Shown: positions 14,225-26,390, numbered from the whole stretch's first letter. The stretch: DNA of 63,978 nt, filler included, from Catajapyx aquilonaris (GCA_000934665.2; 4 parts of 4 records of this genome joined end to end with filler, not necessarily neighbours in it), one strand, 5' to 3'. A program made the numbers and translations. The notes: generated by a model not told the origin, from the sequence alone.

Positions 14225-14670
14225 GTAAATACTGGCCCCTGCATGTGTTCGACTCTAAATAACTCCCAGGCAAAAAAAAAACCCTTATACATCGTCAGAG
14301 CGTGTGTTTAAATCTACGTAACAGAAATTATTACACAATGAAGGTATAGGTAAACAACGGGAATATTATGCGAGTTCATTGTGCGATAATTTTCTATCCT
14401 AAGAAGAACACGGACATGTGTCATTTTTTTTGAGTAGTTGCCAACGTCACGCCGCAAAGTGATTTTTTTTTATCCCACTTCTCGGAAGCCAAAACATTCC
14501 CCCTATGTGAACCCCGGATAGTGCAAATCTTTCTCTATATCTAATCGAAACTTATTAGAAATCCCCATTTGCGTAATCATTTAGGTTAATTGCACACCTC
14601 TGTTATCTCGGCCGTTTCTCATCAGAATTACTTGGCGAATGTATCGACGTCAAGTCAGAAATGTTCGTCA
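14225..14670. mobile_element. Fragment of the DNA-transposon family that forms the 59453-61563 foldback; another fragment at about 44740-45140
   Basis: Shared blocks GGATAGTGCAAATCTTT, AGAAATCCCCATTTG and TTAATTGCACACCTC..TTATCTCGGCC. Confidence 0.7.
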
Positions 14671-15933
14671 TAAAAATTAAACCGTGCTCTTATTACAATA
14701 AAAATGTTGAAAGTAAGTTTAATAGACAAGTACCCAGCAGCAGGTTGTATACATCTGGTCGGATCTTGCATTTCCCATCCTGAACAGTGCATCAGAGCGG
14801 CCATATAGTATACTTACCTGTGTAATTAGACTGCGTACAATATTTCAAAGGAACTATAATGTTACCATATTATTGCAGCCTGCATGCCATTGTTAATCTG
14901 CTCATCGGCATTCCTCCTGTTCTCCCGGTAACTTGATTTTGTCTGGCGCTTTTTTTTTTTCCATTCTTGCCAGTGCAGCTCTTTTCTGTCGAAGGCGAGC
15001 TCCGCCAAGGAGATTTCTTATTTTCTTTGTCCCTAATTCCTGTCCCGACAGAGATAGTTGGTCCATCAGCTGCAACCTGCGGCCCTGAANCAAATAAATA
15101 TTATAATAAGCCTGTTCCCCGAAACGGTTTCCGGGTTGCCGTTGACAACGGCTTTGTTTGTTTATCCTGCTGGATTGTTGACTCCTGTTCTACAATCATC
15201 AGAGCCAGCCAGTCTCCAGGAGAAGGTGGTCAGGCGAGGACGTGTTCTGGGTTCGTCGTGTCCGCTCCTCCTGATGGACGGAGGACTGGCCAGTTCAGTG
15301 TCCATCAGGGTTTGATGGGGCAGCCTAAGATATATATGGACGTTACCTCTTGGCTGCCCCAAGGTATATTAATCTATACAGTAATTATTCCAGATAACAA
15401 CAATTATTATTCGAATCGGTGGGTGAGCCGGAACACTGCTGATGGGTTGCCATGGTCGCCGACTGTTGATTATTATAGAACTATACACTCCTCTGCAATG
15501 TGCAAGGCGAAGAAGGCCTTGATTAATATTCTTAATAATGTGTCCTCGATCATAATAATTAGGTTTCATCTGCTGATGGCATGTATAGGATGAGTGGTCT
15601 GAATGGGTCTGAAGGTGTATCCCCCACGTATAATGGCCAGAGCATATAATGATAATTAATCTGTCGTAATTATAATGCTACATAATGCCCGAATATGGCG
15701 CTTAATGATCACGGAAAGCGTCTTCCAGGCTGACCTTGCTGGTTTGGAGGTCATTGTACAGTAGTACAAAGCTAGGCTGTACATTTACACATATATATAT
15801 ATTCTGGTTATTGCATAGAGTGTTATGTATTGTGTCAAGTTCATGTCGGAATGTCCTGTTCGTTCTTATAATGGCCGTGTCATTGTGTGTCTCTTCACGG
15901 AGACATTCTTTTGCTGGTATTTCTGGTAATGTA

Positions 15934-16033
15934 NNNNNNNNNNNNNNNNNNNNNNNNNNNNNNNNNNNNNNNNNNNNTTAATTAATTAANNNNNNNNNNN
16001 NNNNNNNNNNNNNNNNNNNNNNNNNNNNNNNNN
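15934..16033. other. Artificial contig linker (44 N + TTAATTAATTAA + 44 N)
   Basis: Exactly 100 bp; the 12-mer gives stops in all six frames; occurs identically three times. Confidence 0.97.
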
Positions 16034-16034
16034 A

Positions 16035-16454
16035 TTCAGTTGCCAGGTTTGTGAGAGAAAGTTTCGTCTTTCAGGACATTTGCATACACACATGAGAACC
16101 CACACGGGGGAGAAGCCATTCAGTTGCGAGGTTTGCGAGAGAAAGTTTCGTCATTCAGTAAGTTTGAATGTACATAGGAGAACCCACACAGGAGAGAAGC
16201 CATTCAGGTGCAAGGTTTGCAGGAGAAAGTTTAGTGAGTCAGGAAGTCTGAATAGACACTTGAGGACGCACACGGGGGAGAAGCCATTCAGTTGCATGAT
16301 TTGCAAGATGATGTTTAGAAACACATCTCCTTTGTTGCAACATATGCTAAAACACACAGGTGAGAAGCCACAGGGTTGCCAGGTCTGCAGGAAAAGATTC
16401 AGTCGGTCGGGAAGTTTGAAAAAGCATCTGAGAATGCATACAAAGGAAAAGTGA
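16035..16454 (+). CDS. C2H2 zinc-finger protein, 3' part (5 fingers visible, truncated by the contig start)
   Basis: Repeated F/Y-x-C-x2-C-x3-F-x5-L-x2-H-x3-H with TGEKP linkers; stop at 16454. Confidence 0.9.
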   Translation, partial: FSCQVCERKFRLSGHLHTHMRTHTGEKPFSCEVCERKFRHSVSLNVHRRTHTGEKPFRCKVCRRKFSESGSLNRHLRTHTGEKPFSCMICKMMFRNTSPLLQHMLKHTGEKPQGCQVCRKRFSRSGSLKKHLRMHTKEK

Positions 16455-16638
16455 TTTAGTTGTGGAAGCTTAAGGTCCATTCACAGAGGCACTGCATTAG
16501 TCAAGTTATCTATAAACACCACGGGCCGAATTTTCGTCTTCCACTATTAGTCACTGTTTAGACTCCTTAGAGGTTCTGACTATTATCTTAGGACGGACGG
16601 AATTTTCGTGCTTCTGATTAAGCACTCCTAAACATGGA

Positions 16639-17288
16639 ACTGACAAGGGCACTGTAAGTGTTGCAAATGGAGTTGCTCAATGAAACTTGGCACAATAATA
16701 CAGGCAGGTAAGTTATTAAACAAAATGCAAACCGTTTCTGCGGAACGATACAAGGTCAGAAGTTATGACCTTTCGAACTCCAAGGTTCTCAACCTTTCTG
16801 AAAGTCACAAAGGTCTCACCGAGTTTCTTGGAATTCGGATATTCGGTACATTGGTACCCCACCCCAAGGGATGAAAATCGCCCCAGAGTGACCTGCACAA
16901 AATGACCCGGTGACCCCTTTGTGTGGGCAGAAGTCAACTCGTAACTGCCGTAAACCACCGATTTTCTTGAAATTCGGTGCTTTGGTAGCCCCCAAAAAAG
17001 GGATCACCGGGTCATTTTGAGAAGGTCACTTTAGGTGCGTTTGGTAGCCACCCCAAGGGATGTAAAACGCACCTAAAGTGACCTGCTCAAAATGTTCAAG
17101 AAAATCGGTGAGACCTTTGTGACCTGCAGAAAGGTTGGGAACCTTGGAGTTCGAGAGGTCATAACATTTGACTTTGTATCGTTCCGCAGAAACGGTTTGC
17201 ATTTTGTTTAATAACTTACCTGCCTATATTATTGTGCCAAGTTTCATTCAGCAACTGCATTTACAACACTTACAGTTCCCTTGTCAGT
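16639..17288. mobile_element. Foldback MITE with long inverted arms; family copies at about 55725-56298 and 62875-62938
   Basis: ACTGACAAGGG ... CCCTTGTCAGT ends; arms of about 190 bp are reverse-complementary; a close relative lies in contig 4. Confidence 0.8.
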
Positions 17289-17865
17289 AGTTAATAGTAG
17301 TGAGGTTCGAGACACCTCGGGGTGTTCTAACACATGAGACATGGCCGACGCGGTGACGAGTGTTAGACTTGTGGAGTGTGTTCGGCGCCTTCGAGCCCGA
17401 GGCGCTACCTATGCCCCTTCGGGATCCCTTCATGAAATACAGGGTGATACAGCATCCAAGCACATTTGTATGCCAGTCTGCATATACAGTATAATAAGCG
17501 TGCCTGGAAGTAGGGGCAACAGAATCGGGGCGCAACAAGCTACAAAAAATTCATACTTCGGGCGATATTAACCAACGAACTTGGAACACCCTGTATTGGT
17601 GAAGTCAGCAATCGATCTTTTACATCCTGCACCTTGGGCTCACACATCTTCCCTCTCGACTGACTTGTATGCCTAAAATTCCACAGCACGAGAAACAACC
17701 CATATCCCGACCCAGATATACTGCCCCGCGGCTCCATACTCATCAACGTCTCATTCTCCATCGTCGCCTTCTCCTTCAATTGTTTACACCGCGAGGCATG
17801 TTGTGCGCAGGCTCCAACTGTCAATTGTCACTATTAACCACTTTATCGCACTGATTAGGCTACAC

Positions 17866-19020
17866 AGCACTGGTTTGTAAAAAGAGGCTAATAGAAGGAC
17901 GAAAATTCCATCTTACACAGTACCGCTGGAAGCGCTTACGCAGTATAACTAACTAATCAGATCTGAACAGGTACTACTAGCTAAAATACGAAAATTCGAC
18001 CCCATGTTAGCTACTGACACTTTTATGAAAGGCTTTGGAGGCATCCTTAATGGAGGAGTAAGAGGCAGGAAGAATACAAAGGAAAGACAGGTATACATTA
18101 GGTGTGAGATGTCAGGGATTCCAAATAGCAGGAGGGCGGGAGAGGGAACTAAGTTTACTTGCAATCGAATGTATTCAATGAAGAATAGACCCAAAGCTAA
18201 GTAAAGTTGCCCCTTGAAACCCCCAACTTTGATATATGCTGATCTATGTGCCAGCATGCCGAATGTGGGCATGAGAATACTCAGACAGTGATCTGGTAAG
18301 GCCCACTTTTCTATGTGGAGAGACTGTCTGCCGTGGCGTCCCAGTCGAACACAAATTGGAGCAGGCTGTATTTCCGTGCGACCTGGAAGCTCTCCGCTCA
18401 GGATGGCTGACTGATCGAGCACCTGTACACTGCAACAGCATCTTCAAAGTCGACAATGTAAAGGTGGCCTAACTTGGCTCTCTGGAGACTGCAGATGTCC
18501 ATGGAGACCTATAAGCAAGGCCTCTGTCATATTTATCCAACCTTATTATATAAGTGATCATTAAGAGGTAATGGTTAAACCTAGGGTAAACCACACGTCA
18601 TATCAACAAATGATAGGCCTGCTACTCTTAACTTTGCAACCCACCTGGAAGCCATTGTGCATTTGGTATAGCAGGATATTGCTGTCTAATTTGTGAACTA
18701 GTTGTTGTATAGGCAAAATAGTTGGAGCCTTTTAAGGCCTTGAAAAGCAGTTTGGATGTGCATAGAGTGAGGGATACCCACATAGGGTGTGATACAGGGC
18801 AGGATGTGGTATTTTTTGTCATAAGACTGTTGTAGAAACTGGGGAATGGGAAAGAGACGCATGGGAAAGGAGTGAGGATGAATTATTGATCTTGATGTGA
18901 GATTTGATATGTGCATTTGAGTAGCACACTAGAGTAAATACTTGGGATGTGGTGTTGGGAAATTAATCCGGCTTTATTTGCATGATTGTACTGTGTATCA
19001 TATTAAATAAAGCATTTGTA
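17866..19020 (+). repeat. Segmental duplication unit (3' region of ZF copy 1), paralogous to 21603-23530
   Basis: Colinear similarity that ends just after an AATAAA in both copies (about 19005 and 23517). Confidence 0.85.
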
Positions 19021-20299
19021 AATAGAAGCTGTTGTCTTTTTAAATGTACTTTATTAATTGGGGAAAGGTCAATGTGCCTCTTTGCTTTTCAGTCAGTCCA
19101 GGCAGATTTAGGCCCCTTAGTCTGGAGTCTGGAAGCATTGGTAACTTGACCCACGACATATGGTGAGGTAGACACCTCAGTCCATGAGCCTAGACAGCGC
19201 ACCACCTCCATTTTGTGTGCTCTTCTTACCCAGAAGGGGAATAATGGTGTAGATTGATCGGCCAATTCCTCCTTCGTGTTCGCAGAACCTAGTAGATTGT
19301 TCTTATGGAATATAACGGGCCCCTCCCATTGTTTGGCCGGAATGAAGATGCCGCAGAAAGGCTCAGGTGGAAGGTTGTGAAGGGCCAGGGGAGGGGGGGA
19401 GATGAGATATAAAGAAAATCTTTATAAATCCGAGAGCTTGGCAATCATTACAGGGCAGTCTTTCTTAGTTAGATGCTGTATTGCTACCGCCACAAAAAAT
19501 TTGATATAATGATAAAAAACCATACATGTGACTTACAAGTTACACAATATCAATCTTACAAATCATGGACTTACACCATTTTTGACTGGGTGTAATAGAG
19601 TTGAATCCGGATATAACACACTCTTGTTATAAAGAAGGTCTCTTATATCCGATTTAAAAACCATATATGATGGAAGTATGCCAGAACCGGCCTTTCGAGT
19701 CTGATATAACCGAAAATCTGTTATAGCCGAGGCTGTTATATCCAGATTCAACTGTATTTATAAAATTTCCTTTGATCATTCCTCAATTTTAACAAAAATA
19801 ATTTTAGTAACAATTAATTTCAATAAAAAATTTCCGAGAAAGAAATTTTCAGCAAAAGTTAAAAATTCACAAATTAAACAATTAAAAATAATGATATATA
19901 ATTTTCAACATGGCAAAACTGACAGCCACACACTTATTATTTGTCATGCACAACAATATTTGTCTGTAGAGATGCCCCCAGATATATCGCTAGGATCTTC
20001 GTTGGCCATCTTTAATAGCTGGTATGGGACTTACACCAAGATTGCTCCAAGGGGTAGGCAACTCTCCTTGGAGCATATATGACATTATGTCATTTACTGC
20101 CCAAATATCCAACTTAGGATTTATACCATTTTTTTACCAACTTGGACTAGTTCTCTGAATGTGATGGCAGTCCTATCTCGAAAATTGCATTTTGGACTTG
20201 GGCCACTTGTGTTCTAAGCGCCTCTTTGAAGGCGAACATACTGAGTCCAAAGCTCTCTTTTCAAATAGACCTGCATTTATGAGGTGTCATTAATTTCAG

Positions 20300-21304
20300 G
20301 GAAAATCTGCTGAAGAGAAGAAGAGGAATGGAATCCAGCAAGACATGCTCAAGGGAAGACTCTTTGGGGGGAGTGGTTGTCACTCCTGTCAGATTTGCAA
20401 GAGGAAGTTTAGTTTCCCAAGTAGGTTGATGCAGCACATGAGAACCCATACAGGGGAGAAGCCATTCAGGTGCGAGGTTTGTGAGAGAAAGTTCACTCGG
20501 TCGAAACATTTGAATAATCACATGAGAACCCACACAGGGGAGAAGCCATTCAGTTGCCAGGTTTGTGAGAGAAAGTTTCGTCAATCAGGAAGTCTGAATA
20601 GCCACATGAGAACTCACACGGGGGAGAAGCCATTCTGTTGCGAGGTTTGTGAGAGAAAGTTTCGTTATTCAGGAAGTTTGAATAACCACATGAGAACCCA
20701 CACAGGGGAGAAGCCATACACTTGCAAGGTTTGTGAGAGAAAGTTTATTCAGTCAGGTCATTTAAATATCCACATGAAGACCCACACAGGGGAGGAGCCA
20801 TTCAGTTGCCAGATTTGCAAGAAAAAGTTTAGTGCATCAGGTGATTTGAATAAACATATGAGAATCCACACAGGGGAGAAGCCATACAGTTGTCAGATTT
20901 GCAAGAAAAAGTTTATTGGGTCAGGAAATTTGAATAAGCACATGAGGACCCACACAGGGGAGAAGCCATTCCGTTGCGACGTTTGTGAGAGAAAATTTCG
21001 TCATTCACTAAGTTTGAATGCACATAAGAGAACCCACACGGGGGAGAAGCCGTACAGTTGCCAGGTTTGTGAGAGAAAGTTTAGAGAGTTAGGACATTTG
21101 AATGGCCATATGAGAACCCATACGGGGGAGAAGCCATACAGTTGCCTGATTTGCAAGATGATGTTTAGAAACACAGCTTCTTTGTTGCCGCATATGCTAA
21201 AACACACAGGTGAGAAGCCATATGATTGCCAGGTTTGCAGGAAAAGGTTCAGTCAGTCGGGAAATTTGAAAAGGCATCTGAGAATGCATACAGAGGAAAA
21301 GTGA
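20300..21304 (+). CDS. C2H2 zinc-finger protein, terminal exon with 11 tandem fingers
   Basis: ORF 20345-21304 with 11 fingers and TGEKP linkers. A TTTCAG acceptor at 20299 opens in frame (GKSAEEKKRNGIQQDM). Confidence 0.9.
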   Translation, partial: GKSAEEKKRNGIQQDMLKGRLFGGSGCHSCQICKRKFSFPSRLMQHMRTHTGEKPFRCEVCERKFTRSKHLNNHMRTHTGEKPFSCQVCERKFRQSGSLNSHMRTHTGEKPFCCEVCERKFRYSGSLNNHMRTHTGEKPYTCKVCERKFIQSGHLNIHMKTHTGEEPFSCQICKKKFSASGDLNKHMRIHTGEKPYSCQICKKKFIGSGNLNKHMRTHTGEKPFRCDVCERKFRHSLSLNAHKRTHTGEKPYSCQVCERKFRELGHLNGHMRTHTGEKPYSCLICKMMFRNTASLLPHMLKHTGEKPYDCQVCRKRFSQSGNLKRHLRMHTEEK

Positions 21305-21374
21305 TTTAGTTGTTGAAGCTCAGCCCTATGACACTCCTCGAATACGGTAGTGTAATAACTGTGTCAGAGTGTTC

Positions 21375-21550
21375 GCCTTTGATGTTCGCGTCTCTCTGTT
21401 TGGGGTGTTGCCAATGCTGGTAGCCATTTTGCCCTATTTATACCTCGTTGGCGTTCCACACACTTCAAAATGGCTACCAGCCTTGGCAACACCCCAAACA
21501 GAGAGACGCGAACATCAAAGGCGCTGACAGAAGTTTGCGCCTATGTAGTA
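21375..21550. mobile_element. Small foldback MITE; related copy at about 63780-63910
   Basis: CGCCTTTGATGTTCGCGTCTCTCTGTTTGGGGTGTTGCCAA and its reverse complement; shared GGCGCAAACTTCTGTC end with the contig 4 copy. Confidence 0.6.
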
Positions 21551-21716
21551 TAATTATGTAGTATATGTAGTATATGTAGTATATGTAGTATATGCTCCCT
21601 GGCACTGGTTTGTAAAAAGCGGCTAATAGAAGGACGAAAATTCCATCTTAAACAGTACCGCTGGAAGCGCTTAACTAACTAAATAAGTTCTGAACAGGCA
21701 GTACTAGCTAAAATAC

Positions 21717-22070
21717 AAGGGAGTCGGAGTGGTGCTGCGGTAACGTATGCGCCTACGGATGTTAAGGTCCCGGGTTCGATCCCAGCCTGGGGACACCCCT
21801 TTCATCTCGTGCAGAGTTAGGCCGTCACTGGATTCGTCTCGGGTGGTATCTCCGATAAGACAAACCACCCGGGGGAGTTCACAAAACGGCCAAACCCAAG
21901 ACATTGCACTGCACTTTGCACATCCCGTCCTGTCATCCTGCCCGTGGGCCCGGGCGCTTTGCTCAAGGTTCCAAATTTAGTACGAAAAGATAAAAATTAA
22001 GATCCGTGTCGCATACCCTATCCTATAGGGTCAGGCACTACCCAAGGATTACTACTACTACTACTACTAC
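21717..22070 (+). mobile_element. Full-length tRNA-derived SINE (family A) with (TAC)n tail
   Basis: Pol III A/B-box-like head (GGTTCGATCCC). 15-bp TSD TACTAGCTAAAATAC at 21702-21716 and 22071-22085. The empty site is present in the paralogous segment at about 17975. Confidence 0.9.
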
Positions 22071-22146
22071 TACTAGCTAAAATACGAAAATTCGACCCCA
22101 TGTTAGCTACTGACACTTTTATGAAAGGCTTTGGAGGCATCCTTAA

Positions 22147-22560
22147 AGGGACACTCCACTCAAAAAACAAGTTTGGCCCTGAAAATTGGGCAAAAAATCC
22201 TGAATCCCAAGGTGCAATCCGTTTTTCGCTACGCGGAACGATAATCCCAGGGCGAGGGGTCAAAGTGGAGAAATTCAAAAAGTGCGCTAGAAGCTGGCCG
22301 TCCGCCAGCGACGCCCTCGGGACCTTGGGAACTGGAGGGCTGCTCCCGCCTGCCCGCGCGCTTAGGCCCATCCCAGAGCGGTGCAGCCCTCCAGTTCCCT
22401 TGTACCCCGCGTGGCGGCGCCGCTCATTAGCAGACAACACATTTTCACACCTCGCCCTGGGATTACCGTTCCGCGTACCGAAAAGCGAATTGCACCGTCG
22501 GATTCAGGATTTTTTGCCCGATTTTTAGAGGCGAACTGGTTTTTTGAGTGGAGTGTCCCA
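22147..22560. mobile_element. Kolobok/T2-like MITE
   Basis: TIR AGGGACACTCCACTCAAAA with TTAA TSD; the paralogous empty site has a single TTAA at about 18047. Confidence 0.85.
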
Positions 22561-23959
22561 TTAATGGAGGAGAAAGAGGAAGGAAGAATACAAAGGAAAG
22601 ACAGGTATACATTAGGCGTGGGATGTCAGGGAATCCAAATAGCAGGAGGACGGGAGATGGGAACTGAGTTTACTTGCAATCGAATGTAGTCAATGTAAAA
22701 TAGACCCAAAGATAAGTAATGTTGCCCCTTGAATCCCCCAACGTTGTTCAGCAAAGGGGATGACGATGTATGCTGATCTATGTGCCAGTGTGCCGAGTGT
22801 GGGCATGGGATTACTCTGACAGTGATCCAGTAAGGCCCCCTTTTCTTCGTGGAGACTACTGTCTGCCGTGGCATCCCAGGCTCTAGAAGCTCTCCACTCA
22901 GGATGGTCGACTGATCGAGCACCTGTGCACTGCAGACAGCCTCTACAAAGTCGACAATGTAAAGGTGGCCTAACTTGGCTCTCTGGAGAAGGCAGATGTC
23001 CATGGAGAGCTTACATGCAAGGCATGTGTCATATTTATCCAACCTTATAGGTAAGTGGTCGTTAAGAGGTAATGGTAAAGCGTAGGGTAAATCACACGCC
23101 ATATCAATAAAGTAACTCAATTGTGATAGGCCTGCTACTCTTAACTCTGCAACCCACCTGGAAGCCATTGTGCCATTGGTATAGCAGGATATTGGTGTCT
23201 AATTTGTGAACTAGTTGTAGTGTAGGCAAAAAAGTTGGAGCAATTTAAGGTCTTGAAAAGCAGTTTGGATGTGCATACAGTGAGGGATACCCACAGAGGG
23301 TGTGATTCATGGCAAGATGTGGTATTTTGTGTCGTAAGACTGTTGTAGAAACTGGGGAGTGGAAAAAAGAGGCGCATGGGAAAGGAGTGAGGATGAAGTG
23401 ACCTTGTTGTGAGATTTGATCTATGAAATTGAGTAGCACGCTAGAGTGGATACTTGGCATGTGGTGTTGGGAAATTAATTAGGGTTTATTTGCATGATTA
23501 TACTGTGTATCCTATTAAATAAAGATTTTGTAATCAGATTTTGAATAAGGGAGTATTAATTTATTTCCGTACATTTTGGGCAGAGTGGGCCTGTGGGAAT
23601 ATGTCATATGTCAATCACAGTGTCGCACCTGTCAATCACTTTCACCTCCCTAGTAAGAAGAGTATCGTACACAGTTCCAGTGCTGCAACATGTGTTAATG
23701 TCTCATCACAGCAGCAAGGTGGAAAACTGCATTCAGTGCATTGCAGTCATCGACACTGCTGGGGATATAAGTTACCTGTATAACAAGAGGACTCGAGAAT
23801 GTTTAGCCCAAAGAGCTTATCTTCGGTTTAGCCGATAAATTTTAGAATAGTAATCCCAAAACAGGTGCGTTTGTTTGGTTCGCAGTGATAAATGATACCT
23901 GCGTCCTCTCCGTTCCAAACGGCAATACCATTTGGCCATTTCATATTTCTGAAGTCACA

Positions 23960-24424
23960 TGTGGAAGACCGAAGACGCGAAGATCCAGCTCTACACAGAC
24001 TTGTTTGACAACAGCGACACTCGAGTCGAATCGAGTCGACCTCGTATGTTGATAGGCACGGGAAGGACCTTCTTGTGCTGCTGGTCCCCGCCAGAGAATT
24101 CTTCGTGTATTCTTATTCGTCATTTCGGAAGGATTCGGTCATCCGAGGGACGTACAGCGAAGTGGTCACAGGTCTCGTGCAAGGAGGTCTGATCGACTAT
24201 ACCTTCAAAGTGAGTGGACACAATCATGTTTTTCCGTCGTGGTCTTGCCTCTGCCAGAAATAAGGAGGAATACACAATAAGTGACCTTGTGAAGCACGAT
24301 CTGAAGTCTCTTGAGTCTTTAGTCTGGGAATCTGCACAGTTCCTTCTTGCTTCTGCCAATTATTGGATGGTGCTGCCTTGCCATTCTTGCATTTCTTGGC
24401 GAATTGTGTGGTAACAGTGGATAA
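23960..24424 (+). pseudogene. Ionotropic receptor (variant iGluR chemoreceptor) C-terminal remnant, frameshifted
   Basis: AREFFVYSYSSFRKDSVIRGTYSEVVTGLVQGGLIDY resembles the IR S2 end (FRKGSP..F..I..LVE.GLI..W). In another frame, SGNLHSSFLLLPIIGWCCLAILAFLGEL resembles the last IR transmembrane segment. Frameshifts and stops lie between them. Confidence 0.6.
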
Positions 24425-24709
24425 CACCTTAAGGCAAAAGTCAGCACGCACAATGAACAATTATTCCTTTCTCTACTAACCGTAAATATAACTTTACGAG
24501 GCACTCTGCTCATGTAATTACGGTACATAATTATCTCTGCATCACTCGCACAATCACAAATGCCAGTAATAATCAGTAATCACAACATACTGATAGAATA
24601 AGCTGGTGCACTTTACGTCAGCAATAAATCTCAAACCTCAAATTTTTTATTGATTCATCCTTGCACAGTACTCACACATTGTTGAAGTAAATAATGAGCT
24701 TTAATCGTG

Positions 24710-24830
24710 CACTTCACGACGGTAGGGATCTGTGTTCAAATGTTGGAAGTGCTACCTGCAGCAGAACTTGAGTTAGGGCGAATAAAAACAACGTAACAAG
24801 AAGAGGAAGAGGAAGATGTTGGAAAAAGTC
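24710..24830 (+). repeat. Dispersed repeat, homologous to 5540-5690
   Basis: Shared CACTT.ACGACGGT.GGGATCTGTGTTCA...CAGCAGAA..TGAGTTA..GCGAATAAAA. Confidence 0.6.
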
Positions 24831-25874
24831 ATGGTAGGCACTCTTAATTACTGGTGTTTTCACTCTGAAAACCATATATTATGCAGTAATAATTATTGTT
24901 AATAGCTCGATTAACAATAAGGTGCGTTCTTCAGTAAAGATCAGCAAGAATTACAGTTGTAACATTATTAACTGTCATTACCTATGGAAAATATTTGTCT
25001 CTCTCATTGCTGTCTGCTTGCAGTATAGTACTCTTGTAGGGAGAAAAATTGAATCAAAATAATTGTTTTTTTTTTTAATGGAGCAATCCGTCTCAGCAGA
25101 TGGACTGATTGACATAATTATATGCACCCCCAGACTGCGTGCTAGTCTTCCCCCACGATTTTGCCAGACAGGTGGTCGCTGACCCGACTCAATTCGGACT
25201 AATAAAGGGTGGTCATTCTCTCATTCACGTGACTGGCAGAAGAAACTAGAAAGTCCAGACTTTCCGATGGAACTGGAGACATACTCCCGTAAGAAAGTGG
25301 GCAGATGCACGGTCCATTTTCCGACCTTTCGTGACGTCGAGTCTTTCTGCCCACTACTGACCCACATGAGGCGGCAGGTCAGAGTTCAGCTGGACTTGGC
25401 TGGGCCAATATGTACATCAGGACTTCAGGAGGATAGTCATATTTTGACTGGTCCCCGTCAGATGTCCTCAGCTGTCACGACTGGATTCCAAACTACCGGT
25501 GGCGCCCAATGCTCCTTCATGGCGGAGGGAAGGGGAACTATCTTGGTCAGAATTGATGGAAAGGAGGCAGTGAGGCTAGTTAGTTGTTGGTTGTCTATGG
25601 CGCGTCGGTTGAGGTGAGGCTTGGTTCGGAAGTTGGAAGGAGCCGGATTGTTGCGGCATTGTTGCTTGGTCTGGGGAGGAAGGAAGGAAGGAAGGAGGCA
25701 TCATTGGGGCATTGTTGGAGGAGGCCAGGAGGAGGCGGAGGTTGGTCTGGTTGGAGGGGCATGAAGAGAGGGAATCAGACTGGAGGCTGGTGAACATTGC
25801 GATGGTGCCTCTGCCACCAAGAGGGACCTGGAGAGGCACATGCTGAAGAAGGACATCACTCCTCAGCTTCAGGT

Positions 25875-26170
25875 AATGTTCGCTGTGTAGTTAGATTCCT
25901 TCAAGCTAAAGGACACAATGCAGGCGATCATGTAATGTGTATGGAAAAAAAGCGCATGAGTGACATTGCTGTGTCGGAATTTCCCAGAATGATGAATTGA
26001 TGTACATGATGAAGAAGGTGAGGGGAGTGTGACGACAGACCATGTTGTTGAAAAGTCAACAAAGTTGGTTTAGAGTGCATCAGGTCACAATTCCTGGCCT
26101 GTCTGATGGTCTTACCCCTCATTTCGCAGTCAGCTCTTTATGACATTGACACAGGGTTGATTTTGAAGAG
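25875..26170 (+). mobile_element. Decayed mariner transposase N-terminus (HTH region)
   Basis: Translated fragments VRCVVRFLQAKGHNA, DVHDEEGEG, VVEK and SQSALYDI follow the mariner N-terminal consensus, with frameshifts. Confidence 0.65.
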
Positions 26171-26269
26171 GACACTGCAGGCTTTCATTTGATGCTACCC
26201 GCATTGTCTTCTGACATGTAGAGTGTATTACCGGTACATGTTTTATGTAATGCAGGTAAAAAAATTGCT

Positions 26270-26332
26270 TTAATGCTGTATGGACCCCAGGTCTGGGGAA
26301 TTGCGCATTAACAGGTCTTTGATCAGGTTCAA

Positions 26333-26390
<58 letters not shown>

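Noticed and set aside
14967..15593. 208-aa ORF
   Set aside because: Non-ATG start, spans an N and a dispersed repeat, no motifs.
20345..21304. 84-bp periodic repeats as a CRISPR-like array
   Set aside because: The periodicity is the 28-aa C2H2 finger repeat in an open reading frame.
21719..21795. tRNA genes at the SINE heads (also near 26640-26709, 34290-34360 and 36375-36447)
   Set aside because: Each continues into a SINE body and simple-repeat tail and is flanked by TSDs; these are not standalone tRNAs.
22626..23168. 180-aa minus-strand ORF in the ZF 3' region
   Set aside because: The frame is not conserved in the paralogous segment (17949-18600) and no domain is recognised.
25150..25760. 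Possible decayed R2-like LINE fragment on the minus strand
   Set aside because: Only vague similarity across several frameshifts; cannot be supported without a search.
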